64,000 nt of DNA from Eledone cirrhosa (taxonomy: Eukaryota): contig CAXHJY010000821.1 in NCBI GenBank assembly GCA_964016885.1, forward strand, positions 21,370 through 85,369, read 5' to 3'. Below the pieces are notes generated by a model. That model searched no databases. It saw only the letters and a list, made by a program, of their open reading frames with translations, and was not told the origin of the DNA. Below, piece after piece: positions 1-14,204 of the stretch (its first letter is position 1; each line of letters starts with the position of its first letter). Both the position numbers and the translations under genes were made by a program.

Positions 1-2917
1 TTATAAACAGTAAATACTTATCATTTCACTCTTTCACTTTCCTCTTCTTGATGAATAGAATATATGTATAAAAAATGTCCAGTCATTGCTAGCAGGGAAA
101 GCAGACATGATATGATGATAATGAAATCATTCTCAAATTGCTGCTTTCTTTCTTGTTTGCTATATTTGTAATGTTTGTGTGGAAGTAATGTTATGGATTG
201 TTTTAGCTAAATGCAGCCACAGTGAATTCTAAATTTGTTTATTTATTTGTTATTTTATCTTATTTCAAGTTAACTCTTTATCTCCAAAATTAACATCTAT
301 TTCATTATCTTGTATAATCACCAGGAAATTTGAAAAAAAAAAAAAAAAATTGTAATTATTTTACCTATGTAACTAAACTTGTTATAGAGCAAAAAGTAAA
401 CTAACTGCACATCATATATGAGGTGGTAGACACTAGCACAGTGATACTGAATAGAAGAGTTGTGTTAAGTTCTTTTTTTCTTCTTTTAGTACAGGCTGAC
501 AAAATGTAAAAAAGAAAAACAGAAATTATCCATGTAAAATACTTTGAAATTTAGAGAACTAAAAAACAACATAGTTATGGTCAATAAGCTGAAATAAAAG
601 TTGTCTAGCCAAACAAAGAAAGAAAAAAAAAGAAATGATTTTAATAAAAAATAAACTGATGGTACACTAATTGAAGTAAATATAAGTGGAGGCATTAGAA
701 AAATTAAATAAAGAATCTTTAATTATTCAAACATAATTTTACTGAAGTTCATCCAGAAATATGTCCAATTCTATTTCTTATTTTGCCACCATCATCAATG
801 TTATTAATGTGAAAATATATTTTTCTGTATTTTTATTATATATTGGCAAGAGTTATATGAATTTGGCAAGTAAATTACAATTAGAATGGTTTCTAAATTC
901 ATGTGAATGCTAGAATTAATGTATATTTTGATGATTGCGCAATACTAATGTTTAATTTATTGAATGATAGCTATAATCTATCTCATTAGTTATATAAACT
1001 ACACACCCACTCACACATATTTGATAATCATTTAATTAATTAACTTCCAATTAACAAAAGTGACAAGTTTCCAAAAATGTTAATAATCTAGAAAGTTCTA
1101 TTTCTATTTCAGTTATAAGCAAAAAAAAAAGTCTATATATTTCATTGAGGTAACTTTTACAAGAATAGATCTATTTCATTTGAAGAAATCAACAAAATGC
1201 TGATAATTTTTTCACTGAAACGAAACAGAACGAGTCTAGTAAATAAACTACCCTCTCTACCTGAAGAATTGATTCCTTTACATTCTTGAATAGAATATCA
1301 TTCAACAATATATACACACACCACACATACACACACACTGATATATACATACATGTCTAAATATGTATATATGCACACACACACACACACACAAATGTAT
1401 GTATTTATATATACATACTGTGAATACTTGTGTAAAAAATTTTTCTCGTGTAAAAGTCGAACCCTTATTTTTTGTCCCTAAATTTGGATTTTTTTAATAT
1501 ATCCCATATAAAATTTAACTTGGCAGACAATATATGTGAATCAAAGTATTATCCTGAAACTAAATGTTACAATATGGAAATATATATTTTATCACACTAT
1601 TATATCCCAATGTTTGCAAGTGGAAATATCAGTTATGTAGACTTATTTATCTATTTTGGTGTCAGGAACTATGTTTTGATGCATAAAAATATTGGTATTA
1701 TTATTGTAATTTATCATTTTACTTTTATTTATTCAGAGCCCACTCAGGCTTCCACTTGTCGATAAAATATTGTAGATTGTAGTCTGCCCACAAAAGTAAT
1801 ATACATGTAATGATCGATCATATAAATTTAATCTAAAAAAACAAACAAAAAATCTGCCTGTAGAACTAGTAAAGTGCTGAATGAATCTCCTGGAATTTAG
1901 TTATGACCCTCTATATTGTGCATTCAAATCCTGTTGAAGTTGACTTAGCTTTTGTTGAGGAGAAAAAACCCTAAATGCCCCCATGTAACTATAAGTGGAC
2001 TAGGCAAAACTCTATAAATAAGAACAGAAATGAACTGTCATGGGAACTGTGTACGGAGTTTTGTTGTAGTCTCTCATTGGGAGTTCGGAATTACACCTTG
2101 TGAATACCTTGAGTTTTACCCTCGTTTCGTACAGATATACAAAACAGGTGTGTCACACCATCATAACAGCTTTTCAGCCTGCAAGGAGTCAATCAAATAA
2201 GTACTACTAAAGTATTAGTAGTTATTTAGTTGACTACACTATGCCTCAACCAAATGTGACTATGTCCTTCCGTGAGAAATCATTTTGCTGGCCTTGTGCC
2301 TAAAGTAGAAACAATTATTATTATCAAGAGGATGCTTTAGCCTAGCATATGTGACAACCTCTCTAGTGCTGGTGCCACAATAAAATGCACCCAGTCCACT
2401 CTGTAAAGTGGTGGTGTTGGTGTCATGAAAAACACACTTGTAATGATGCCCGGCATACCCTGTAAAGTGGTTTACACTAAAAAAATGGGTATCTAGCTAT
2501 AGAAACCATGAAAAATAGGGACATATGAGCAAGTTTGGTCACCCAGATCACTCAACTTGTTTTGGACTGTGACAACCCTTCCATCTCATGCTAGCATGGA
2601 AAGGGGGCATACAATGGTGATGATGATGATTGAGTGAATAAGGTGTTAAATTCTCAACACACAGTGAGTTGCCTTTCAGCAAATGACTGTCTATTAAGAA
2701 AGCACTGCCACTATGAAGACACCCACTGTTTATTATCATCAGACCCAACTTTTATTATCAGTAATATATGGCAATAAGTTCCTAATAAACTAGCTAAGTG
2801 CATGTACACTTATTATATACTTCTTATAACCTGGATATAAAAACATTCCAGTGTTAGCCTTTTCAATACTAAAACATCTGAAACAGCCCCTGCTTCAATG
2901 ATACACCACTATTCAGA

Positions 2918-3139
2918 TTAACCCTTCAGCATTTAAACCAGAATTTTAAGCCAGAATTCCTTCACCTCTTTCTGTTCAAACTGACTGTAACCGACCACTC
3001 ATACTGATGTTAAGGTATTGTTCTCAAAATAATATCAATATCATAGATTCCTTATTATGTGAGATAATAATGTGAGGTAAAGCCTTTACCATGAAAATAT
3101 AATAGCATATATAAAGTAATGTAAATGCTAAAGTGTTGA
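2918..3139 (+). mobile_element. TTAA-flanked MITE (piggyBac-like ends), family M1, degenerate
   Basis: Starts TTAACCCTT and ends CTAAAGTGTTGA; internal sequence (GATGTTAAGGTATTGTTCTCAAAAT...CATAGATTC...GAGATAAT) matches the copies at 20564, 50710 and 56900. Confidence 0.6.
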
Positions 3140-3733
3140 TGTGTATATATTTATTTTAAAATCCTCCATCATAATTTCAAGTAAGAAACTAAGATATTTT
3201 CCAAGAACCAGTTTAACAATGATAAAGTTATATTACTAAATTCCTCAAAATTCTTGATTATTTTCAAAATTATTTGAACATTCTATAAGCAATGTAAGGT
3301 AGCACATTTCTTTAGAAATGTGGTAACAAAAGGGTTAAATGAAGATAGGTCATTGCAATTATCAAATAAGATATGATAAAATAACATTAAATTGAATATC
3401 ATATTGAAAGAAGAAGAAAAGATATAGTTCTGTTATTACTACAGTTATTTTCACTATAAATAAAATTATTATCATTATAAAAAGAAAACACCAATAATCT
3501 GAATACAGCAATAAATAAATAAATTAAACCAAACCAAACATTCATGGATTAAATTGCACAATTTATATTTATAGTTCTATTAATTGTATTAATTATGCAC
3601 TATATACATTACCTTTGAGAAAACAACTAAACTAACTGAAATAACAAAATCAAAATATTTTCCTTGTCTCTGACATTATTAAGCTAAAACGAATTTATAA
3701 TTGCGTGTGTGAGTGATATGAGTTTGTGATATA

Positions 3734-3767
<34 letters not shown>

Positions 3768-5214
3768 GATAGATAGGTAGAGATATAGAGAGAGAGAGAA
3801 AGAGATTGAAACTACCTTAGGAAACACCTTCAGTGTTTAGGAAACATTCTAAGTTGCTCCCCTTTTACCAGCGGAATCAAGCTGTTTTCTAAGCAAAATT
3901 TAGCAAATTACTACGTATACCGTTATTATTATTATCATTTATATTTTAGTACCAAAACATTTAATTGAATTAAATTTAAAAAAACAAAACAAAAACAAGA
4001 CAATAAATAGGAAAAAATGTCCATTTTTACTCCCGGTCTAACCACATAAAGAATGCTTTATTGATAAAAAAAAAAAACTTTCAAAAAGTCATTTTGTAAT
4101 AAAAAAAAAATTATTCTAATATCAAAAGCAATAATTAAACATTGTAAATCATATTTTTTTAATTAAATATTAATTTTCTAAATAGTTCTTCGTTAATATT
4201 AAGGTGTATAAATTGAAAATGAACTTAAATTACAGCTTTTTCCTCAACTTTACATGACACGGCAAAATGAATTATTAATTAAACAAAGATGAACAAATGT
4301 TGAAATTTATTCGGAAAAAATAAAAGGTGTTGCAGGTAATTCTCTGCACACCTTCATTGCTAATTATTAAAATTACTGTTAGAATTATTAAATATTTAAA
4401 CTAAATTAAAACTGTTTAGTTTTAGGGTAGTATCCAAGTCTTGTACAGGATTTATTCAATTTACTATTCAGTCATATATATGTACACATACATACACACA
4501 TACATACGTACATACATAGATACGTACATACACACATAGATACACGTACATACAAACACGAACATACATACGTATGTATGTATGAATAGATATATAGATA
4601 GAGACAGACAGATAGATTGAGAGGTAACACATGTAAAATAAAAAAAAAACAAACAACACAAGGAAAAAAAGAGAAAAATAAGAAGCTTATAACAGATAAA
4701 CTTCCACACATTCTAGTAAGAATGCTTATCTAAGAATAGAAGCTGCTAAAGGGTTACTAAAAGGCTGTATAACTAACTATGTATATATATGTATGTATTT
4801 ATGTATTGCATACATACCATAACACATGTACCTTCTGCTAAAACTAATTTGCCTGTGACCTCATTTCTTTTGTAACTAGAGTAACTGTGATATGTGGCTG
4901 TATATTACTGATAAACAGTAAGTTTGTAAAGCTGCATACACATGCAAACAACACAGAATCTTCTATATAATCATAACTATCGTTTCTTCTATACAATATA
5001 AGAAAAAATTGCATATTGACATCATACTTCAACTCAAGTGTGGAACTAGAAGATAGTTATGGAATGCTTATCAAACAAATAAATGTGTCATTTTATTTCA
5101 TAGAAAGTAGATGGAAGGGATAGCAACGAGAGCATATTTTTGATAAAACTAAAACAGAACTGGACTATGTTATTGATAGGGTTTATGATACCAAATAGAA
5201 AGTAACATACATGT

Positions 5215-6167
<953 letters not shown>

Positions 6168-6168
<1 letters not shown>

Positions 6169-6540
6169 CATCATCATCATCATCATCATCAGGTTTAGCG
6201 TCCGTGTTCCACGCTTGCATGGGTTTGGACGGGGGTTTTCCCACTTGAGGCAAGAGTGGTTGTCTTGCTCGCATAGGACTGTCTGGCGGGTTTTCTACAG
6301 TTGGATGCCCTTCCTAACACCAACCACATTTACAGTGTGGGGCTGGGAGGTTTTTACGGTGTTGCCTACACGGCCACATTACAGCGTGGACTGTGTGTTT
6401 TGTCGTGACACCTACACGATCTCATTTGTTTCGGCCTGGATGTTGTGGGACGAACATAACTTTACATTGAAAGGGGCGGTGTGGGTGGGGTGGAGGGACG
6501 GGGGTGTGTTTTGATAGAGGTGCCTACTGACTGTAATACA
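6168..6540 (-). mobile_element. Non-autonomous RTE-related short element (family C)
   Basis: (ATG)n tail on the minus strand with GCAAGCGTGGAACACGGACG end and the GGTGTTAGGAAGGGCATCCAACTGTAGAAA motif; near-identical partial copy at 14707-14860. Confidence 0.6.
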
Positions 6541-6570
6541 TATTTATATATATATATATTTATATATATT

Positions 6571-6621
<51 letters not shown>

Positions 6622-6904
6622 TTATATATATTTGTATATATATATTTGTATATATATATGTATATATATGTATATATAATGTATATATATGTATATATAA
6701 TGTATATATATGTATATATAATGTATATATATGTATATATAATGTATATATATGTATATATAATGTATATATATGTATATATAATGTATATATATGTATA
6801 TATAATGTATATATGTATATATAATGTATATATGTATATATAATGTATATATGTATATATAATGTATATATGTATATATAATGTATATATATATATATAT
6901 AATG

Positions 6905-6972
<68 letters not shown>

Positions 6973-7057
6973 GTATATATATATATGTATATATATATAT
7001 GTATATATATATATGTATATATATATATGTATATATATATATGTATATATATATATG

Positions 7058-7104
<47 letters not shown>

Positions 7105-7187
7105 GTATATATATATGTATATATATATGTATATATATATGTATATATATATGTATATATATATGTATATATATATGTATATATATG

Positions 7188-7224
<37 letters not shown>

Positions 7225-7255
7225 GTATATATATATATATGTATATATATATATG

Positions 7256-7302
<47 letters not shown>

Positions 7303-7345
7303 GTATATATATATATGTATATATATATATGTATATATATATATG

Positions 7346-7399
<54 letters not shown>

Positions 7400-7425
7400 A
7401 ATATACATATATATATATCTATCTA
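6535..7425. repeat. (TA)n-derived micro/minisatellite
   Basis: TATG and TATAATGTATATATATG units. Confidence 0.97.
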
Positions 7426-7426
7426 T

Positions 7427-7635
7427 CTATGGCGGGTAAAATTCCCGAGATCCATGGACGAGTTCTCTCCAGCGGTCTCTGTCCCTCATTATCGCTGCCA
7501 TGTCCTGCATCTCCAACAGACCAGTGTCTGTCCTTAGGGCATCAACATATGTTAACCTTGGTCTTCCTCTTCTAGTGTGTCCATGTAGGGCCTCCCAAAG
7601 GAGCACTGAGTGCAATGTCAACTCTGGATGTCGGT
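7427..7635 (-). mobile_element. 3' fragment of an RTE-group LINE ORF
   Basis: Translates [39 protein letters not shown]...MRDRDRWR; RxxGRP and DRxxWR are typical of the RTE/RTE-X C-terminus. Confidence 0.75.
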
Positions 7636-7881
7636 GATATATATATTTATATATATATTTATATATATATACACATATATACACATATATACACATATAT
7701 ATATACACATATATACACATATATACATACACATATATACACATATATACATACATATATACACATATATACACATATATACACATATATATACATATAT
7801 ATACATATATATACATATATATACATATATATACATATATATACATATATATACATATATATATATGTATATATATATATG

Positions 7882-7960
<79 letters not shown>

Positions 7961-8020
7961 GTATATATATATATGTATATATATATATGTATATATATAT
8001 ATGGAGGCACATATATATAC
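7635..8020. repeat. (TA)n array, TATAC half facing TATG half
   Basis: Direct reading. Confidence 0.95.
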
Positions 8021-8022
8021 AT

Positions 8023-8370
8023 GGAGGCACATGGCTTAGTGGTTAGAGCATTGGCCTTGCAATCGAAAGGTTGTGAGTTCAATTCTCAGACCGGGCGATG
8101 TGTTGTTTCCTTGAGCAAGACACTTTATTTCACATTGCTCCAGTTTACTCAGCTGTAGAAATGAGATGATAGGGACTGGGGTCCATATCATTCCACTGCA
8201 AAGTGGTCGTGCAGGTGCCACGGCAAAAAAGCACCCAGCACTCACTGTAAATGAGGTTGGTGTTAGGAAGGGCATCCAGCTGTAGAAATCAAGCCAAAAT
8301 CAGTTCCCGTCCCACCCTTGCAAGCAGGGAAAAAGCGGACGTAAAATGAAATGATGATGATGATGATGAT
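8023..8370 (+). mobile_element. tRNA-derived SINE family A, full length
   Basis: Pol III A box TGGCTTAGTGG, B box GAGTTCAATTC, RTE-type tail CCCACCCTTGCAAGCAGGGAAAAAGCGGACGTAAAATG+(ATG)n; 4 copies in window. Confidence 0.9.
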
Positions 8371-8486
8371 ATGTATATATATATATGTATATATATATAT
8401 GTATATATATATATGTATATGTATATATATATATACATATACATATACGTCATGTATATAAATATATGTCATGTATATATATATGT

Positions 8487-8517
<31 letters not shown>

Positions 8518-8539
8518 AATGTGTATATATATATATGTC

Positions 8540-8576
<37 letters not shown>

Positions 8577-8642
8577 GTATATATATATATATATAAATGT
8601 CGTATATATATATATATATGTCGTATATATATATATATATCG

Positions 8643-8674
<32 letters not shown>

Positions 8675-8695
8675 ATGTATATATATATATATGTC

Positions 8696-8738
<43 letters not shown>

Positions 8739-8780
8739 ATGTATATATATATATATGTCATGTATATATATATATATGTC

Positions 8781-8823
<43 letters not shown>

Positions 8824-8945
8824 ATGTATATATATATATATGTCATATATATATATATATATATATGTCATGTATATATATATATATATATATGTCATGT
8901 ATATATATATATATATGTCTTTGTGTGTATATATATATATATGTC

Positions 8946-8983
<38 letters not shown>

Positions 8984-9045
8984 GTCATGTGTGTGTATAT
9001 ATAAATATATATATATATATATAATATATATATATATGTATATAT
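8370..9045. repeat. (TA)n array with GTCAT/GTCGT variant units
   Basis: Direct reading. Confidence 0.95.
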
Positions 9046-9049
9046 AAAT

Positions 9050-9242
9050 AATGAAGGAAGTGTGGTAAGGAAACAGATTGACCATAATGCACCAGAGTAC
9101 TCAATTCTTAGGGAAGTATAGTGGGTAATACAAACATTTTCAAGACCCCGACAGCAAAGGTTAAGCCATTTCTACGGCTATCTCTCTTCAGAAATAGCCG
9201 TAGAAACGGCTTGAGCTCTGCCGTCGGGGTCTTGATAATTTT

Positions 9243-9245
<3 letters not shown>
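9050..9245 (-). mobile_element. Short fold-back repeat insertion in (TA)n
   Basis: 42-bp inverted arms 9140-9181/9194-9235 (5 mismatches); family motif GAGTACTCTGGTG also present in the elements at 14045-14185 and 35678-35822. Confidence 0.65.
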
Positions 9246-9278
<33 letters not shown>

Positions 9279-9305
9279 TATATGTCATGTGTATATATAT
9301 ATATA

Positions 9306-9632
9306 GTGGAGCTTGGCTAAATGGTTAGAGTGTTTGGTTCAAGATCATAAGGTCATGCATTCAATTCCTGGTTGTGTGTTGTGGCCCTCAACATGACACT
9401 ATTTCATGTTGCTCCAGTCCACTCAGCTGGCTTTTCCAGTTGTACCTGTAATTGAAAGAGCCAGTCTTGTCACACACTGCGTCACACTAGATTTCCCCAA
9501 GAAATGCATTAACATTAAGGGTACACATGTCCTTGGAATGCTCAGCCACTTACATGTTAATTTCATGAGCAAGCTCCCACACTGATGAGGCAACGGTAAC
9601 ATTCATTGTTGGTACCTACAGAGTGCCAGCAC
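9306..9632 (+). mobile_element. Degenerate tRNA-derived SINE (family E)
   Basis: A/B-box-like head TGGCTAAATGG...TTCAATTCC; body TGTACCTGTAATT...TTGTCACACACTG...GGGTACAC shared with 36060-36420 and, inverted, 13380-13680 and 45690-45980. Confidence 0.6.
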
Positions 9633-9839
9633 ACATACACATACTCATACAGATATATTATATCAGAAAAAAAAAACGGTAATGATATTAAAGCCGTAAT
9701 ACTTCTAATACGACATTGCTTGAAACTACCCCTAATTCTATGATTTAAAGTTGTTTAAAGTGTTTATATTTATCTAAAAAGCCTTCCATCAGAATTTTAT
9801 GTTAGAAATTTTTTTTAAAATTATGTCCCAAACACCAGT

Positions 9840-10070
9840 TTAACTCATTAGCATTTACATTATTCTATATATATTATTGTACTTTCGCGATAAAGGCTTT
9901 ATCTCGCATAATATTGAATCTATGAGATTTTGATATTTATTTTGGGAACAATAAATACTTTAATAAATACTCTAATAACAATAAATACCCTAACATCAGT
10001 ATGAGAGGCTAGTTACAGCTGGTTTGAACAGAAAGAGGCCACAGAAGTCTGGGTGGATATGGATGCTAAT
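9840..10070 (-). mobile_element. MITE family M1 copy nested in another TTAA-type MITE
   Basis: Reverse complement matches M1 (AATCTATGAGATTTTGATATT); flanks 9700-9840 and 10070-10200 resemble family M2. Confidence 0.5.
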
Positions 10071-10479
10071 AATGAGACGTTAATAATGAGAAAGTGGGTT
10101 ACATTAGTCAAATTCCTTCAGATTCATATTTATTTTTAAAATGATTTGAAAACGATTGGTCGTGTCTTTAATGAGAAATATGGCAATGAAATGGTTAACA
10201 GAATTATATTCATCAAACAACCTTGATTACAATATCAAGCTAATGAACTACTTAGAATAAACACCTGTAATGATTGTTGACATACCGTAAATACCTTTTA
10301 AAAGAAATCATTTTTCAGTTATTAAACATTGTAATATTTTAACTAAACATTAAATCTCTTTCTTTTAATGCATATCCTTACCATCATACAATGAAAAGTA
10401 TTCTCATTAAAATCAGAAACTAATTTTAAACAGCTGTAAGTAGTTCTATCTTGCACAAAACTCCAGCATCAACAGTTTT

Positions 10480-10690
10480 CCTAGAGATGGTGACATGAAT
10501 AGACCGGTTATTTTAGTTTCCGCCACTACCTGTCTCCTCGTTCTATTTCTTCTTTAATCTCTCGTTCTATTTTCTGATGACGGACTAGCATTTGAAACAT
10601 TAAGACTTTTCCTACTATATCAAGTGTAAAACTAATAATATATTTCTGCACTGTACTGTGTCGTTTGCTTTATTTCTGTTTGCCTTTTGC
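10480..10690 (+). mobile_element. Probable Penelope-type terminal repeat remnant with decayed hammerhead core
   Basis: CTGATGA (10574-80)...GAAAC (10594-98) with only a weak helix II; ends in (TA)n. Confidence 0.4.
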
Positions 10691-10716
10691 ATATATATAT
10701 ATACATATATATATAT

Positions 10717-10812
10717 GCAAATGAAGCGAAAACCAACCAAACAGTGAGTGTGTTCTATTATTAATTCTGGCAATATTATTACACAAATATGACCCTCCCC
10801 AAGTATAACAAT
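10717..10812 (+). repeat. Single arm of the repeat family that forms the inverted pair at 58656-58983
   Basis: CCAACCAAACAGTGAGTGTGTTCT...TGACCCTCCCCAAGTATAACAAT shared. Confidence 0.8.
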
Positions 10813-10843
10813 ATATATGTATATATATATATGTATGTATATA

Positions 10844-10913
<70 letters not shown>

Positions 10914-12109
10914 AATGGAAATGGATAAATCCACTACACATTGTTCATTAGAAAATTACAATTAAAAAAGCAAAATGGAAACAACCTTAGACAACTTTTT
11001 AACAACCATATAGATACTTTCAGTAAAATAAACTTCCACGCCAGAATCCAGAATCTTTATAGCAGTGATAGCAAGTTATAAATAGGTTTCCTTCAGCTAA
11101 AAATATTTTCTGTAGGCTAAAAGTTATCAATAATAAAAATGCCTCCAGTGTACATGCATCATGATGATGAATGTAGAAGTAAACAAAGGATGGTTACACC
11201 CTCTTTGATGATGATAATAATAATAACAACATACATGGGAGTGTAAGAAGGAAATGTGCTACTTTCTTTTTTAAGTTGGGAGGAAGCCAAAAATAATATA
11301 AAATAAATTAACACCAACATCATTCTTGTACATGCAAGATTTACTGGGAAAATATGTTGGGTGTTATCCTCTAAAGTGAATTAAATGCTAATCAATATAC
11401 TTTGGATTCGACTTCAACTTGATAATCAATAATTAACTGAAACAAAGAAGAATATTCTAAAAAAATAACAAACATAACAACCTTACCAATTTTGAACAGC
11501 TACAACAGGGATCATAGTTGGCAATATGTAACCAAACTTTCCAAAATAACTCAACATATCTTAACCAGCTTCTCTCCCATGTTCAACAGATCTAACTTGC
11601 ATCATAGTAGGGAAGGAAGTAAAAAACAAAATATAAAAAAGCATTTCATTAACTAAAGGATAGATAGACTAAGAGAAGTCTCTTCCTTATAAGTTACCAT
11701 ATACATATATACGCACACACATACATACATTCACATGCTTATATATATTATATATAGCAGCAGCAGCAGCAGTAAGTAATATAATCAGCAGCAGTTAATG
11801 TTGGTAGTGGTGGATTTGTGAAGTTAGAGTGGATGGAAACAGGAAACTTATCTATTTCAAGGGCAGGAAGGACAACATATCTCCCACCTAGAAAATACTT
11901 ACTGAAATGGTGGACTACTGCAATGAATGCTAATATGAAATCCATGCAGATACAGAAAGGGAGGAGAGAATCATTTTTATTTACTAAAAATATAAATATG
12001 TGATGATTATTTTAATAGAATAAACAATTTATATTTAACAATTTATATAAAAGAAAAACGCCACAACAAAGGGCACTTTGAGGAAAACTAATACACTGAC
12101 AGCATTGCC

Positions 12110-12480
12110 ATGGGTGATAGCGAGGCTAAGATGCTGGAATAAGCAAGCACCTTTGTGGGCATCACCAGATACATCAGTAAGGCCAGGTGATGGTGAGGCT
12201 AAGGTATTGGAATAAGCAAGCACCCTCGCAGGCATCACTTAGTGAGCTAGTAAGGCCAGGTGATGGTGAGGCTAAGGTATTGGAATAAGCAAGCACCTTC
12301 ACAGGCATCACTTAGTGTGTTAGTAAGGCCAGGTGATGGTGAAGCTAAGGTACTGGAACTAGCAAGCACCCTCACTAGCATCACCTGGTGTGCTGGTAAG
12401 GCCAGGTGGCAGTGAGGCTAAGGTGCTGGAACAACCAAGCACCCTCACTAGAAGTGTCATCTGATAGGTTGGTAAGGCAA
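12110..12480. repeat. 73-bp minisatellite, ~5 units
   Basis: GTAAGGCC(A) recurs at 12177, 12250, 12323, 12396 and as GTAAGGCA at 12472; a single unit in the same flanking context at ~17260-17400. Confidence 0.9.
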
Positions 12481-13496
12481 GCCCCCCAACAATGACAATG
12501 ACCAGGCTCTCCTAAATGTCTTGAATGCCACAAGCTGACAAAAGTAGTTTGCTCATAATTCCTGGTATTGTTCTAAAGGTTTTCAGTAGTTTATATTTTC
12601 CAGTGAAAATTTCGACTCCTGCCAATAGACTGATACAATATCTGTCAAACTACTGACTGGAAACTGATGCAAACAAGACCTTAACATTGTAAGTATATCA
12701 AAAACATATTGAATAATTTCTATATTAATTTTAATAAACACATCAGAAGTTGTAAATGATTCTATGTATGTATGAATGCATGCATATTTATGTATGTATG
12801 TGTGTGCCTGGGGTACTAATTTTCAGAACAGGTAGAGATCCAACAGACACACCACACGCAGGCACATACATCTGTGTGGTTAAGAAGTTTGCTACATAAT
12901 TGTGGCTTTGTAATCAGATATACTGAATGTGACACCTTAGGCAAGAGTCTTCTACTTTTGCCTCAGCTAGACTAATGCCTTGTGAAATGTAATAGACAGA
13001 TGTTGGACAGAAGCCCGTGTTGTGTGGGCATTCTTATGTTTACAACTAAGCTACTTAAGTACTGGGGTCAATATGATCAGCTAAAACCATCAATGTGGTG
13101 CCCCAAGCAAGAGAATATTACACACACACACATATTTACTATGTTTATCCAGTTAAGAATAGGTATACTGTATTTCTACATTGTGTAAGAGGTGACTGAA
13201 AGGGTTAGCAACAGGCTGTAAAACACTACCTTAAAAAAGATCCTGTGATGGGTTGATTTAAGCCTATCTTGGACCCTTCTTAACCAAGGGAAATGTTTGT
13301 TTTGCTGCTGTATATATACATAATACACACACACACATACATTATATAAGCAAATACACATGCTATATATATATAAACAGACACACAGCAGATCCTGTCG
13401 ATTTAGTTGATGGTTATTTAATTGTTTGATCAACTGAATTTCTACATATTAAATTAACAGGAAAGTGGTTGAGTATTCTATAAAGCATGAAATGTT

Positions 13497-13650
13497 AACA
13501 CAACTGTCACACCAAATCAATGTGACACAGTGTAACATTAACGCAACTGTCACACCAAATCAATGTGACACAGTGTAACATTAACACAACTGTCACACCA
13601 AATGTGACACAGTGTAACATTAACACAGCTGTCACACTAAATGTGACAAG
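13497..13650. repeat. ~40-43-bp tandem repeat (x3.5) inside a decayed SINE
   Basis: CAACTGTCACACCAAAT(CAAT)GTGACACAGTGTAACATTAA units. Confidence 0.85.
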
Positions 13651-13834
13651 ACTGAACCTATGAATTACAGGCACAATTCAGAGATAGAGACAAAGAAAGT
13701 GAGATAGAGACAAAGAAATGATTCCAGGAGTGAAAAGATGACAGAGAACAGAAAAGACTACTGTTTGTTGGTGTGTTTGTATGTGTGTGTAAGTTGACAG
13801 CACATACACATACTATATATATTTTTTTTGACTC

Positions 13835-13974
13835 ATTGAGTTACGGCCTTTGCCATTCTGAGTTCAAATCCCACCGAGGTTAACTTTGCCTTTCATTCTT
13901 ACGGGGTCGATAAAATAAAGTACCAGTAATACACTGGATAATTGCTGGTCTTGTGCCAAAAGTAGAAACAATTA
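13835..13974 (+). mobile_element. SINE family B, 5'-truncated
   Basis: GAGTTCAAATCCC...TTTGCCTTTCAT..TTACGGGGTCGATAAAATAAAGTACCAG...GTAGAAACAATT. Confidence 0.85.
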
Positions 13975-14204
13975 TATAGATAAATGAAAACAGAAATATG
14001 GACAGAAATACACATATTACACACACACAATATACATATATATATATGGAACTAACTGTTGAAATGGCAAGAGCCCAGCCATTGGGATTCTGACTCATTC
14101 ACATAATCACACTCTACTACCCCAAGTATTGAGTACTCTGGTGAGTAATGGCCTAACCAGTTTCTTACTGCATCCATCTTGATTTATATATGTTTATATA
14201 TATA

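Noticed and set aside
4831-4921. Possible minus-strand exon (CAG...GAAG|GTACAT)
   Set aside because: Weak donor, ambiguous acceptor, no recognisable peptide
8023-8095. tRNA gene
   Set aside because: The tRNA-like A/B boxes are the head of a multi-copy SINE; no full cloverleaf
11484-11620. Possible minus-strand exon ending TTG|GTAAGG
   Set aside because: No clear acceptor and no recognisable protein similarity
12110-12480. Regularly spaced repeats as a CRISPR-like array
   Set aside because: Whole 73-bp units repeat with no unique spacers; eukaryotic context, no cas genes
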